A DNA stretch of 43,355 nucleotides from NCBI RefSeq assembly GCF_000181795.1, contig NW_003526943.1, positions 7,988,672 through 8,032,026 on the forward strand. The letters are read 5' to 3'. The notes under the pieces were generated by a model. The model did not search any database. It was not told the origin of the DNA and saw only the letters and a list, made by a program, of their open reading frames with translations. Below are positions 12,327-26,000 of this stretch, piece after piece. The translations under genes were made by a program, and so were the position numbers. The stretch is from Trichinella spiralis. Taxonomy: Eukaryota. The number at the start of each line of letters is the position of its first letter. Position 1 is the stretch's first letter.

Positions 12327-12770
12327 AACCTTGGCCGGAGGAATCACCACCCAGGTAGGTAAGATCAATCAGACCGCTGTCTCACATCAGATATGAAAAA
12401 AATGAGCTAAATCAGCCGGCACGCTTGGCTTTGGTGCTTCTCGTTGGACTGGAGGAAGCTGAAACGTACCGCCATGGACAATTGTCGCCAAATTTGAAAT
12501 CACCAACAACAAGAGATGAAGCCAGCTGCGCATAGTAGCTTTTTCTGATGCTTATTTCGAACAAAAAGCTTTTGCGCAACTCAGACTAACGAGTTGATTG
12601 CCAAGTCGATGCGAATAAGGTCAGCTCTTGGACACAGCCGGTCGCTTTATGCAACGAACAATATGCCCGTTCAAAGGTTGTTCACCTCCGACCAGCCCTT
12701 TGGGTTCAACTTATTCCGACCAGACGCTGAACTCTGCACACAGTCACCGCCATCTGCCCTACTACCTTGT
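12327..12770. mobile_element. GC-richer non-coding segment beside the gap, possibly an LTR or other transposon fragment
   Basis: Abrupt composition shift relative to the AT-rich flanks, adjacent to a gap. Bounded by a short inverted repeat AGGTAG (12353-12358) / CTACCT (12762-12767). No recognisable ORF. Confidence 0.3.
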
Positions 12771-14027
12771 AATTTTCTTAAAAAATTCTCAATTTTTGAA
12801 ACAAAATATACTTTTGAAAGCAAAAATTAATTCATCAGACGAAACATTAAATTTCATACATGCATACATATATATGGAACAACTTGAATCATATTTGAAA
12901 TTTAGAAAACAAAAATGATCATTTCATTTTAGTGAAATTTCATTTTAAAAATAATAATGCCTGCAGTTTTTCAGACATTTCTATTGCAAAGTTTATAATA
13001 GGAACTAAAACATCATTCATAGAACGCATTCAAACAATGTGCAATTTTTTTTACTTCTACTATTTCAATGAAAACATGATTATGAATCAATTTTTCTAAA
13101 AACTATTTCAAATTTTCGTTGATTTATATCGAATTTCAAAGATGATTATATGAATAATTTTTCATAATGATAAAAATTACGCATAATTCATCAAACATCT
13201 GATTCAACTTTCCCTATTTACGCAGTGGTTGAAAATTGCAATATGAATAATTAAAAACCACCCACATCCTTAACACAATTTTTTGAATAGTAATTCACAG
13301 TTACTGCTTTATATCACACATTCACAAAGTAAATTTTTTATTCTTTTAAATACAGTAAAAAATGCATGAGTACAGTATATTAATGATTATAAAGTTAATT
13401 AAAGTATTTTGATCAACTTGAACTTATTTATACAATGTGTGACATCTGATTCTTGAAATTTTAACAAAAAGATATATGATTTCTATGAACATGAAACATT
13501 TTTTTAAATAATGTCAAAATTGACCAAAGAAATTGCTATCATAAATATTATCAATGCAAAATTAATTATACAGACAGTTACTATTGATAATTTTTATTAG
13601 CAATAAGATTTTGTTCAGCATGTGATTTATGATTGAAAATTTCAACAGTAAATGTACGAACTAGTTTGAAAAAAAGAAACATCAAGTAAAATTTCGAATG
13701 AACGTACGTTATTATAAAGAAAATTATCTCAAATTTTAATATTTCGTAGTAAATTTTTCACAGAGAATTATTTTCTCATACAGTGAACCTCTGATTATGA
13801 AAACATCACACTGTTGTAATTGAAGACGAGAAAAAAATGTCACCCGAAGATGTTGGGGTAAATTAAAAAGTATAAGTATAAAATTTTTGGAAAACTGACA
13901 ATACCATCCTATTCACCTTGCACGGGTCAACAACCGTTGAAAATGTCATTTTAGAAAAGGTGGCAAGTGCACATAAAGTACCCAGTTCGCTTCTTCGTCG
14001 ACTATCCCTTAAGTGTTTGGGCGAAAG

Positions 14028-15523
14028 ATGAGCAACAAGAAGTTCTTGTTGCTTTTTGTTTTCCTCATCGTACAGCCGATATGGGTTTTTTCAATTGGAG
14101 AAGATTTGGTAAGTTTTAAAATTGTTTTTTATAAAAAAATACTTGCAAACTAATAAAATGTTGAATTTATTTAAAGCTGAATTCCAAAACTCTGCTTGGT
14201 CTTGCCGGAGGCTTTACAAGCATGTTCAAAAAATTTCCACGACGGGAAATTGAAGTGGAGAAAGTTCTTGGAAAATGGTTTCAGGTATATTTTTTAATAA
14301 AGAAAAAAATGTATATAGAATATACAGATGTAAAGATAGGGTAATAAAGTTTCTCAAAATATGACAACAGTAAACAATGAAGCATCAGACATGTTATGCT
14401 TTGGTTAAGAAGTCCACAAGTGAAATAAATTCTGATGTTCTACTTTCAGATGTACAGAGCAGCGGTTAATTTGGATCAGTTTCAATCAACGATGTATTGC
14501 CATGTAGCATACTGTAAGATTTTGTAATATGCATACCCTGGTGAAGATTTATATTATTTATTTAAAAATATGCAGTCCGAGAAAACAAAGTTATGGGGAA
14601 AGATGGCTTTTCGATCATTGAAGCATTTCGAACGGCATCCAAAGATGGACCAGTTCACACGTATAAACGAGATTTGAGCAAGTCGAATACGGGAGAATAT
14701 TGGATGTTTACAGAAGATTATTTCTACCCAAGACAGTGTAATTATTTTTATTTATTCTTACATGCAAAACTTACACGTTTACTTAAAATGCACTTTAAAT
14801 TCAATTAACCAAGAATGTATAAATTGTTCTAATAAAAGGATTCATCAAGGGGGAAAATTAAAGATAGCTGGCGACTGAATCTAGAAAATGACTTATTAAT
14901 AAATTTTATAACGTTCTGAAAATTTTGATCAAATACGAAATAATTATAACTGTCATAATACTAAAATAAGTATTCATATTCACTTGTTTTACAATACAAT
15001 TAATTTGTAAATTAATACAAAGTAAAATTATGAATACTAATGAAACCTAATCACCCAGAAGCTATTCTGCTTCGTGCAAAGATTTATTTTATATCACTGA
15101 AAATTGAAAATAATATACATATATTCATATTAATTTCTTATTTTCAATTCATTTTCATTTCATCTGAAGTTACTTTGTTATTTAGTCTTCGTATTTGACG
15201 TTGGACCAATAGTGAATAATTCTTACGAATACATAATCATCACGGATGCAAACCGAATCAGCCTGAGTGTTTACGCTCGGGATCCAGCAATGTTCCACAA
15301 AATGTATGATGCGCAAGTGACTGATGTTCTGAACAAAGGCGGCTTTGGTGGTTATGCATTCTGGAATCGACCAGTGGCTATTTATCAGGGCTTGGACTGC
15401 GTTTATACAGAAGAGAAAGAAATTTTTATTCGACGATCGTTGAAACAAGCTATTCAAGACAAATCCACTGAAACGTCGCAAATTTTAAACAGCGCTCGTC
15501 AACTGTTTGCACCAACCGTTTAA
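14028..15523 (+). CDS. Secreted lipocalin-related protein (nematode LPR family), 5 exons, ~250 aa
   Basis: Exons 14028-14108, 14177-14284, 14450-14513, 14576-14737, 15186-15523 give 753 nt. Signal peptide MSNKKFLLLFVFLIVQPIWVFS; lipocalin motifs VEKVLGKWFQMY (GxW), YEYIIITD and LSVYARDP. Confidence 0.88.
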
Positions 15524-17057
15524 TAATACTATTCTCAGCTGAAAATTTTGAATGTATCATGTTTCATAGTTTTTGTACTTAAATCATTTTGAAGAATAAA
15601 AAATTTAAATATTGACATAACAGTCATTTTGCATTGTTGCACAGCAACCGTAAAAATGTATATAATTAAAACATTTATACATTCAAAATTCGTTGCGGGT
15701 ACGGCAGATGAATTAAGTTTTCCGTTCATATATAGCAGTTTATAATGATTTTTATTTTTACATTTGCCATTTTTATAAATGATCTTTTAATGATAATGGT
15801 GATGCTTATTTTTATTCTCTCATTGTAGAGTGATATGAACAATAATGTTTATAATTGAAATTGCATAATGCAATTACATTTATTGCTGCTGCATTACTTA
15901 ATATAATCTGTATTGATCATCACATGTTATTATCTAAAGGGTTTTTCATTAATAAATAACATCTAAGTTGATAGCGTTCAAACTTTCAGTGTTAACACAA
16001 GCTTTTTTACTATGCAATGCAATATCAGTTACAATGGTAGCTGATGTACAAATGGCAGAAAATGTTGCATCAGTTCATTCGGTTATGCACAATGCATTAA
16101 TTGTGAGTTTTAAAGAATTTGAAAATAAAACTTCCATTATGTGACAATAAAATGTGAATTTTAGTAGATATGTTCTAAATTTCCCACCAGCTAACTGGCA
16201 ATTCTGCGCCAATCTTGACAATGTTGTGAAAACTGCGTGAAAGCTGTACATGATCTATTGTTATGCACACATGCGATACATGCAGCCATGTTTATTAAAT
16301 TTGAAATGTACATGACCTTATTTTACATGTACATTCAAAAAACAGTTACAAAAAATGTGTAAACAATTCCACCTTATTCATAATTTTGCAAAAAATATCA
16401 TTAAAATTCATTACTGTCGCACTGTTGATGATATTACATTGCGAAAAGCAGGGATTACAAGAACAGTAATACGACGAGGATTGCACAATTATAGATAAAT
16501 AATAATGGTAAATCAATTTTTCGTTTTAATGTTTATATTAAAAATATATAAACTTGTTTTTAAATATATTATAACGCACTGTAGCAAAATATAACGCAAA
16601 ACAAATAATCAACTTAAACGCTTGACCTACTTTCAATATTCGATGCTCAGGTAGTTATATACAGTACATTCAAATTGTTGCAATTTTTAACTGTTGTTGC
16701 AAATGTAAGTTATAAATTTTCATGAACACAAGCGAAAATGTAAACAAATAAAATATTAAGAATATAGTTTTGTAAATTATATGGTAAAGTTTTTTTATAC
16801 TAAATTTTAAAGTGTTACAGGGCTTCAGGTTTTCAGATGTTAAGCTTTGGTAATATATTTGTTTCATATTTGATTTATATTATTGTTTGCCAGTGGATAG
16901 TAGTTTGTATGATGAATAAATAGAAATTACAAAAGTTGATAAAAACTGTATATTGAGACTTTGAAATGAACTTGTTTATGCTGTGATAAAAGAGTTCGAG
17001 GAAATTTGAGATGTTTTTTGTTAATGATAGTGGTACTCATTTTTTGATCTTTTTCAG

Positions 17058-20000
17058 ATGGTGAGAAAGCAGTCTATCAAACTGAATTTACAGTTTGAGA
17101 AAGAGGAATCTATGTTAAATCGGCTTAAAAAGCTGTTAAATCAAGCCAAAGTGAAAATTCCTCCATCAGTTAGTCGTCATTTGGCAACGTGTTTTTATGA
17201 ACTTTTTCTACAGGTAACTTACAGTTTAGCAAAGTTTAATTTGAATGGAATAAAGTATGAGTTATTATTTTATTGCGTTTTGTAATTTCTTAGCATGACA
17301 ATGAACTACTTTTTAAATCTATGCGAAATTTGTTGCTTCTTCCATTGAGAGTAAAGGAAGAATTTCCATCAGCCAGCTATGTTTTATGTGAAGTTGCCAA
17401 GTGGATGGTACACTTGTATAAGACTAATAAGGAACCTGTAAAAGAAAGAGAATTTTTCCTTGAAATTTTAAAGTTAATGCTGCAGGTCAGTGAAAGAGTT
17501 TGAAATATTTTGTTGTTTTATAAAGTTTATTTTTTCTTTTTAGTTAATGAAAGTGCGAAACAAAGCAGTGAGGTTTCGTTCATGTGAATTTATTGGAAAT
17601 TTGTTAAATGAAATGGCCGATGAAGAAATTGAATTGCAAGATTTTGAAGATATTTTCGAGGATTTGTTGAAAACTTTATTTCTGAAGACAATTGATTGTT
17701 GTGGTCGAGTGCGTTTAGCTGCTATCAGGCCCATTGCGATACTTCAGCAGCCACAAGATGAAAATTGTAGAGCTGTTGGAGGTTAGTTGAGTAAATGCTT
17801 TTTGAATGTTGGCTTGATCTTTTTTATTTTGATTGTTGTAGCATTGGTTTTCTTAATGAAACGTGATCGGATGATAGAAATTCGCTGTCAAGCTTTGAAA
17901 AACATTGCAGTTACCAAACGTACTCTACCAGATTTGTTGGAACGTACGCGGGATAGACACCCAGTCATGCGTATGTTAGCTTTCAAATTTATTGTGAAAA
18001 GTATTCCTCCAAAGTTTTTAACTATCAAGCAGCGTGTGTTGATTCTTGAACAAGGATTAAACGACACAATTGGTGAGCGAATTTTTTTTATTCATTATGA
18101 TTCATTCATGTTTTAATTGTTCTCCAGTTTCAATTACAGAAAATGCTTGGATTGTAAATGTCCATTTTTAACAGTATACTTAGCGTAACATCTAAATAAT
18201 GATAATTTTATAAAAATAATGTGCAATATGATTTATCATTTTGTTTTTTTTAAATCTATTATATTTTTTGAATATGATAGTTTAATTTAGTTTAATACTG
18301 ATGAAGAGAGAAAGTAAACGTGGATAAAACTGAAAGTGGAAGCAAGCTTTAAATGCTTTAAATTTAGAGATAGGAAATTTACATTTTGTTTTATGATGTT
18401 TAAATTTTTTAATGATGAAATTTTACTTTTTTGCCTTTAATTTAAATATTGCTTGTGTGAATAAAAATTGTTTAGTCATTTTGTTTAATTGTCATGTTGT
18501 AAAATTTCACCTTGAAAGTAAGTAATATTTATCCATCAGATGGTCTTTTCGTACTATGTACATATTTTAACGTTTGTGGTATTTTGGATCCCAAACATGA
18601 AACGCCTGTTTTTCGCCTCATTATTTCATTGAATTCACTGAAATTGTACTTTGAAGTTTATAGATTTTATTATTATAATAATTTTCAACGCAGACATATT
18701 TATTGAATTTGAAATGACCTATATGTTGAGATGCTTTGCTTGTCATATCAGTTGGGACAGATGTTGTGTACGTGCTTTTTGCAGCACGGCACCTGGCATC
18801 AGTCACAGCATTTTCCTACATTTTACGCAACGCTGTGTGCGTTGTAGTTGCTTTTTTGTGGTGGGGTATCGACATTTACCACTAGCGCTTTGGATGATCT
18901 TTTCAAAGGCACAGACAAACGTCTCGATGTACTTTCTGCTCTTCGATTCAGAGCATATTCTGTAAAAATTTTTATTGCATTTCTAAAATCACTGTTCATA
19001 CAAGTTCATTTGAGGAGAGATACAGTTGCTTATGACACACTCGAGGAAAAAAAGATCCCACCCGAGGATTAAATGTAAAATGATGCTTATATGTGATAAT
19101 TTAGCGCAATTGCATGTGATGCCTATGTATGTATGAATGGGAACTTTCGAATTAAAAATTTCAATTCCGTCAAGACTTGCTTCAATTAATTTGACTCAAC
19201 AGTGAAAATGAATTCTTTTCCATTATGGAAAGTTTTCTTGATTTGCAAGAGTGTTTATTGCACAGTATGTAACTGCTTAGATTGAACAGAGAGTAATGGA
19301 TGGACTTTGGTGCCTGAAAACAATAAATGATCTTATGTATAACAGAATCATTTATACGTTACTTTTAGATTCCATTCGAGAATACTGTGAAAGTACACTA
19401 TTGTTTGAATGGTTGAAATGTTTTGATAATAATATGCCGAACATGCTTCTTCGATTGAATGTTATTGGCAACGCATCCATTTGCCAGAAATTGCTTACAG
19501 CATATTTTAAACGCCTTGGAATACCGAAAGTGCTTGAAAATTTTAATATAATAAATGATGAGTACGTTTTGAATTTAATTGGAATTTGAGCATGTGTTAA
19601 GAATTTTTTTAAAGGAAGCTACCAAAAGAGTTGAACTGTGAAAATGTGTTTTACTGGCGTGCGCTTGTTCAGTATATCCGTAAAGTGAGAGATATTCCAC
19701 TGTTGGAAAGTGAACGGGATTTTTACATTGATGAAATTTTGCCAACTACGACAGAGTTGGCGAAGTATTTCAAAAAGTATTTATATTGGTTGGTTTTGTT
19801 CGTTTATTTAATATAATATAATATTTTTTTAAGTTTTGTTGTTAAAATGCTTCAAGAATTGGAAGAACATTACTCGCAAAGCAGCTCAGCAGAACCTGAA
19901 GTTGAAGTGCATCCACCCCTTTTACAGGGAAGGTATATATCTGTAACAGATTCAGGAGGCTGCATGCAAGTGGAAGTTGACGAAAGAAACGAACCTTGCT

Positions 20001-23000
20001 CAACCACTCAGTTCAGTAGCATTCATAATTATTTTGCTAACTCAACAGCAAATGGTTACGGTTCACCGCTATACGGTAGTCACGAAAATCTGAAATCATC
20101 CGGACAGAAATTGAGTAGCAGTTTGGAAATGGTGCTTAAAAATGATTTTATCGCAACACAGCTAATTGAGCTGCTTAGTTTAGTTGATCTATCAGAGCTT
20201 GCTGGAAGGTAAGACATTATACATGTTTATTTATCTTCTTGATTACCTGTTTTTATATATTTATTAGAGAAAAATTAATCGACGCTTTGCAACTTCTAAT
20301 TCGCGATATAAGGGATCGTTATTCTATGTTGACCAAACTGATACCTCTCTACTTTCGAGTAGTTGGTAGTACATCAAGGACATGTAATTGGATCACATCA
20401 TATATTATGGAGCAGTATCCTTTACATGATTTGCAGGTTTTATTGTGATTTTTGCTTTTGAATTTTAAAATATTAATTTTTAAAAATGGATTTTTTTAGG
20501 AAAGGCAATTTTTCAGCTTTGCTGGAAGTTTGGTAATTTATTGCAGAGCAACATTTATCTAATGAAGGGAATGTTAAAGATTTTATTATTTTAGAGCAGT
20601 TCAGTGATTTTGAAATGCTTGTACATTTTCATCGAAACAGTAAGATTATTGAAGAGTCCCAGAATGTTCACACCTGCTCTGCAGCAGCTACTTACAACTT
20701 TGGTAAATTTATTCTTTGAATATTATTAATGATGTATTGTAATTTTACAGATGTTATAAGGTAGATTTGAGTTTGAACAAACAGTGCAAGTTGTGTTAGG
20801 AAACTTCATTTTACGATTTTTTGTATAAATTATTTGATTATAATTTTAGATTTATCCATCACTAGAACATCCTGACTGCATTATTCGTGGAAGGGCAATG
20901 AAAGCAATGGGAATTGTTTCCTTACTGAATAAGCAGTATTATGAAAGGCATTTTTCTGTGTTTTTTAAGGTAAGTTGAAATTATAACAAATTTGTTATTT
21001 TTCTATTCTTTAATTGAATTTTTCAGAACAAACAGGTTAGTGGAAAAACTTTTTGAAAAAATAATTTAATTTGCTTAAGCATTATCTATTATGTTTGTTT
21101 TATATTTGTCAATTTTAGGCTATCAGTTCTGATCATTCAATAGTTAGAATGGAAGCTTTGCACGGAATTTTTGATCTGCTTTTATCGTATGAACATGAAA
21201 TGATCAATCAGATGAAGTTAAATCAGCGAGTTGGCTTTGTGGAAGATGTTGTTACTACGTTGTTTAATGTTTTCGACGATCAAGTAGGCAACGAATCACT
21301 ATATGTACATATATATGTATATATGTGAATATCATTGTTGTAGGATAATGATGTGACAATGGTGCTTGTGCAAGGCTTTGGAAAATTATTGCTTCACGAT
21401 AGACTTTCTTCTACTTTATTAATGAAAAAGATAATCACTATATGGTTTGATTGTTCAATTCCAGAAAATGGAGAATTGCGAAAAGTGATTGGATACTTTT
21501 TACCATTTTACGCATTTTGCAGTGTGTATGTTTTAAATGGATATATTTTGTTTTATTTGACAATATGATGTATTTATTTTAGACATCATCAGAATATTAT
21601 TGCAGAGGCATTTCTATCAGTCGTAAATCATTTTAATCATAATATGATGAAATTGGGAAACATAACTATTGAAGAACTTATGTATTTTCTTTTAAAACTC
21701 ACATCCTTGACTCAAGTAGCGCCGCGTGCTGAAGGTAAAAGGGTAAGTGTTTGTTTGTTTGTTTTTTATATAATTAAGCAAGTATTTAATTATTGTACTG
21801 TATACATATATATATGTATGATTTATCCACTGCATATAGTTAGTTGAAAGTGTTCAACACAAGTATGGAGATTTCACAAATTCACAAAGTGTGATGTTTT
21901 TGTTTCAATTGAGCATTTTGATTCTGCAATTGTTTTTCATTAAAAAATTTGTTATTCAGCATATAGATGACTAACTAAGCAGTAAGTGATTTGTCAAATT
22001 CAATGGAAATCTTTTATATAATTAATCTGTACGGCTAGGTTGTTCTAATTATATTGTACCAAGGGAAAAGAAAAAAAAATTGTTTAATTTAATAAGAATT
22101 AATGAAAAATTGTTTTATTACCTTTTAAAGAATTAAAATGTTATTGAAAGAATGTATTGTGATTTTGGAGATTGTTGTTGTTATTAGCGGCAAGAGTACT
22201 GCATAAAACAGAGTGGAGATAAATTTTAAATGAACCAGTTATATAAGATTGTATTGCTGTTCTTATTTTTCTTCAGTTTTTCTTTATCAGTGTCATCACA
22301 TGCCCGGCAGACTTTATTTAGAGTACCTGAAGTCAGAATGACAAAAAAAGCAAGAAAGAATTTTTAACTGCATTCACAATTGCACAAAAATTAAGTTTCA
22401 AAAAAAGGAGAAACGACGATTGATACGATTTAGGATTTTGTTATTTGAATAATGAATTATGAAAAATTATAATTTGTTATTTGACATCTTAAGGTTTGTT
22501 AAGATCAGCTTAGTTGAGGTTGATGGTTATCGTTGAAATAAATATATGCTACAATGTTCAGCATGTTGAACAATTCCCTCTCCCCCCCCCCTTTTTTATG
22601 TATGTCTCGCATTTTGAATAAATAATTCAATAATGCTAATTTAGTGATAATCCACAGTGTAGCAAGTAATAAATTTTAATAATATTTTTCCATTCAAGCA
22701 CTTTTTGCAAGAAAGCTATTTGATGCCGCGGCAATTTGCTCGTTCCAGTTTTTGTTTGGAGGTTGCCGTTGACTTCTCTTTTGGAAATTTGGTTTCTTTC
22801 TTAAGAAACCTTGACCCGTTCCCACAATTTTGGTGGGGGGTGGTATGAATTTTTATTAAAAATCGGCTCCTGGCATTATCTTTCTGCTCGAAAAGAGAAA
22901 TTTTTAAAATTATTAATTTTTTCTTCTGAAATATCATTCATTCCATGAGATTAATAATAACAATAATAAAAATGTGGTGATCAATAATAGCAGCTTATTT

Positions 23001-26000
23001 TTTCTTTTAGCTGTGTGAATGGATTGTTGTTCTTCAGTGGTTTATTAGTGTTTGTGTTTATGTGTGTGTGTGTGTGTGATGGTGGGGGGGCAATTAATTG
23101 TATACAGAAGTTAACATTGTCAGCAGCAGATATATTCAAAATTTTGAATTGGTGTATACCGTAATATGTATACAATTTTTTTTAACTGTGGAAAAATTTT
23201 TTGACCATTGCAGTTGGTCATTTCAAGTAGCTGCATACTGTAAACCAGATGATGATTTGTTTTTCTTAAGAAAAATAAAAAGCTAACCAAACAACAGTTG
23301 TGCATTCCGTGATTTGGTGCTGCACTTCTTTTTTCTGTCCAACAATTGGATCGTTCGTTCGGTTTTACTTTTGCTAAAGTTTTCTCCAATTCCAGTCCAA
23401 ATTTTTTTCACCTCATCAACTTTCAGCTTGAATAAATCAGCTATTTTTTTTGATTGGCCAGTTGAAAAGGCTTTTTTGCATGCGAATTAGGCTTTTTGGC
23501 ATTTTTCCACGTGTGTGATCAGATGAAGTGATCAATTTGAACAGAGATGATGGCAAATAATTATCATGAGTGCAAAACAGAACACATCATGCTGAAATAA
23601 GTTACAAGAGCATTAAAAAAATTTATTTTTAAATTATTTAAGTTACAGTAAGTTTGAACCGCTTGAAAAATGTTTCTTATTCTTCTTTTAATTAATTTAC
23701 ACTTCAGTAAATTGTATTTTTCGGTCAGGGTACTGTTTTTAGCTTAATTGTTTTACTGGTGATTGTAATGTTGCAAAATGTGGTCATTTTTGTCGAAAAT
23801 TCCACGTTCAAATAGACAATAATACACTCTAAATCATTGTTACGGCACAACAGTGGCCTATAAATTTGATTCTTTTTTCTTTCATTTTTTCCATTGTCAG
23901 TTTTTCCAATTTCCAAGTGCACTTTTGCATTATTGTTAATTTTGTGTAATTTTTCAAGTTGTGCAACAGTTCTCTCTGCACAGATTTAAAATTTGTAAAA
24001 AGAAAACACTGAAATTATTTATATCCAACATGCAGAAATTAGCATAATAATCCATTTTTATCTATTGTTCTTTTTTTACTGTTTGAGGTGTTAAGAAAAG
24101 TTTTTTTCTAAATACCCCTTTTTAATCGTTTTTTTTGAAATAATCTTGAGGGTGGTTGGAATGCACTTTACAAACTCGGTCACTTTGGCTGTTTGAGCAA
24201 TTTCCCAGTGAAGCAGAGACAGGCAGACGTTGCGTTGTTTGCGTCACACACTGCTTAAGAGTGGACGAATAAATTTTCAAAAACATCAAGTTGATTTTCT
24301 TTGCTGAGATTTTGAGGTTTTTTGTGTATATGCATATATTCATAATATGCAAAAGTATTTTATGGAAAAATTCAAAATGCAAAATATGTCTACATATATG
24401 TATGCGTTGTGGAATAAGTTCTACAAGCGAACCATTTCCACAACGTATATATATATATATACATGTGTGTGTGTGTGTGTGTGAATGGAAATTGTTCAAT
24501 CATATTTTCTACTGCTCTCTTTGGTCATAATAAGAATTGTTTACTTGGTATTGTTGCAGAATGATAGAATGCAAGCAATAAGCACATGGACGCCCGAAAG
24601 GATCACTAGTAAATGTATGAACAGGTTATATAGATGTGGTTGGTCAGTTATTTTGCACCGGTAGATTGATTTTCACTAAATGCCGATTCAGCCGTAACAC
24701 TTTCTTGCATTCAATAAGCATTCTTGAAACATTGAGCAAGTCAATTATAAGCATTGCAATTGGGTGTAGCAGTTGCATTTATTTTTATTATGTTTTTGAA
24801 AAAATATTATCAGCTTGATTTTAATTTTGGGTTCATTTGTTTTTTTTTAATTTTCATTCTTTTGCTTTTATTGCAATAATTGCCCGATGATGTTGATTTT
24901 GATGTGTTGATGATGATGATGATGGCCTGGGATAAATTTTGCCTAGCCAGATTTTTGGTTGACAGCNNNNNNNNNNAAAATACTAATTTTGAAAAAAGGA
25001 TTTTTTGGAAAGGCATTTTCAGCTTGCTGGAAGTTGGTAATTTATGCAGAGCAACATTTATCTAATGAAGGGAATGTTAAAGATTTTATTATTTTAGAGC
25101 AGTTCAGTGATTTTGAAATGCTTGTACATTTTCATCGAAACAGTAAGATTATTGAAGAGTCCCAGAATGTTCACACCTGCTCTGCAGCAGCTACTTACAA
25201 CTTTGGTAAATTTATTCTTTGAATATTATTAATGATGTATTGTAATTTTACAGATGTTATAAGGTAGATTTGAGTTTGAACAAACAGTGCAAGTTGTGTT
25301 AGGAAACTTCATTTTACGATTTTTTGTATAAATTATTTGATTATAATTTTAGATTTATCCATCACTAGAACATCCTGACTGCATTATTCGTGGAAGGGCA
25401 ATGAAAGCAATGGGAATTGTTTCCTTACTGAATAAGCAGTATTATGAAAGGCATTTTTCTGTGTTTTTTAAGGTAAGTTGAAATTATAACAAATTCGTTA
25501 TTTTTCTATTCTTTAATTGAATTTTTCAGAACAAACAGGTTAGTGGAAAAACTTTTTGAAAAAATAATTTAATTTGCTTAAGCATTATCTATTATGTTTG
25601 TTTTATATTTGTCAATTTTAGGCTATCAGTTCTGATCATTCAATAGTTAGAATGGAAGCTTTGCACGGAATTTTTGATCTGCTTTTATCGTATGAACATG
25701 AAATGATCAATCAAATGAAGTTAAATCAGCGAGTTGGCTTTGTGGAAGATGTTGTTACTACGTTGTTTAATGTTTTCGACGATCAAGTAGGCAACGAATC
25801 ACTATATGTACATATATATGTATATATGCGAATATCATTGTTGTAGGATAATGATGTGACAATGGTGCTTGTGCAAGGCTTTGGAAAATTATTGCTTCAC
25901 GATAGACTTTCTTCTACTTTATTAATGAAAAAGATAATCACTATATGGTTTGATTGTTCAATTCCAGAAAATGGAGAACTGCGAAAAGTGATTGGATACT

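Noticed and set aside
12327..12366. Minus-strand CTTACCT...GGTGGTG resembling the U1 snRNA 5' end
   Set aside because: No ACUUACCUGG, no stem-loop I GAUCAC motif, and the rest falls in the gap.
11555..12368. Long ORFs of 242-267 aa
   Set aside because: Produced by translating the N run.
13779..13792. TACAGTGAACCTCT resembling a pogo/Tc1 terminal inverted repeat
   Set aside because: No partner inverted repeat or transposase sequence found nearby.
20500..20760. Apparent frameshift in CAP-G and a 10-nt micro-exon at 20751-20760
   Set aside because: Using exon 20500-20532 plus exon 20595-20702 ([10 protein letters not shown]...QQLLTTL) joins in frame to IYPSLEH. No frameshift or micro-exon is needed.
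21744..24966. Many 60-125 aa ORFs in the long CAP-G intron and its duplicate
   Set aside because: Low-complexity F/K/I/N-rich translations of AT-rich DNA and microsatellites. Several differ by stops or indels between the two copies.
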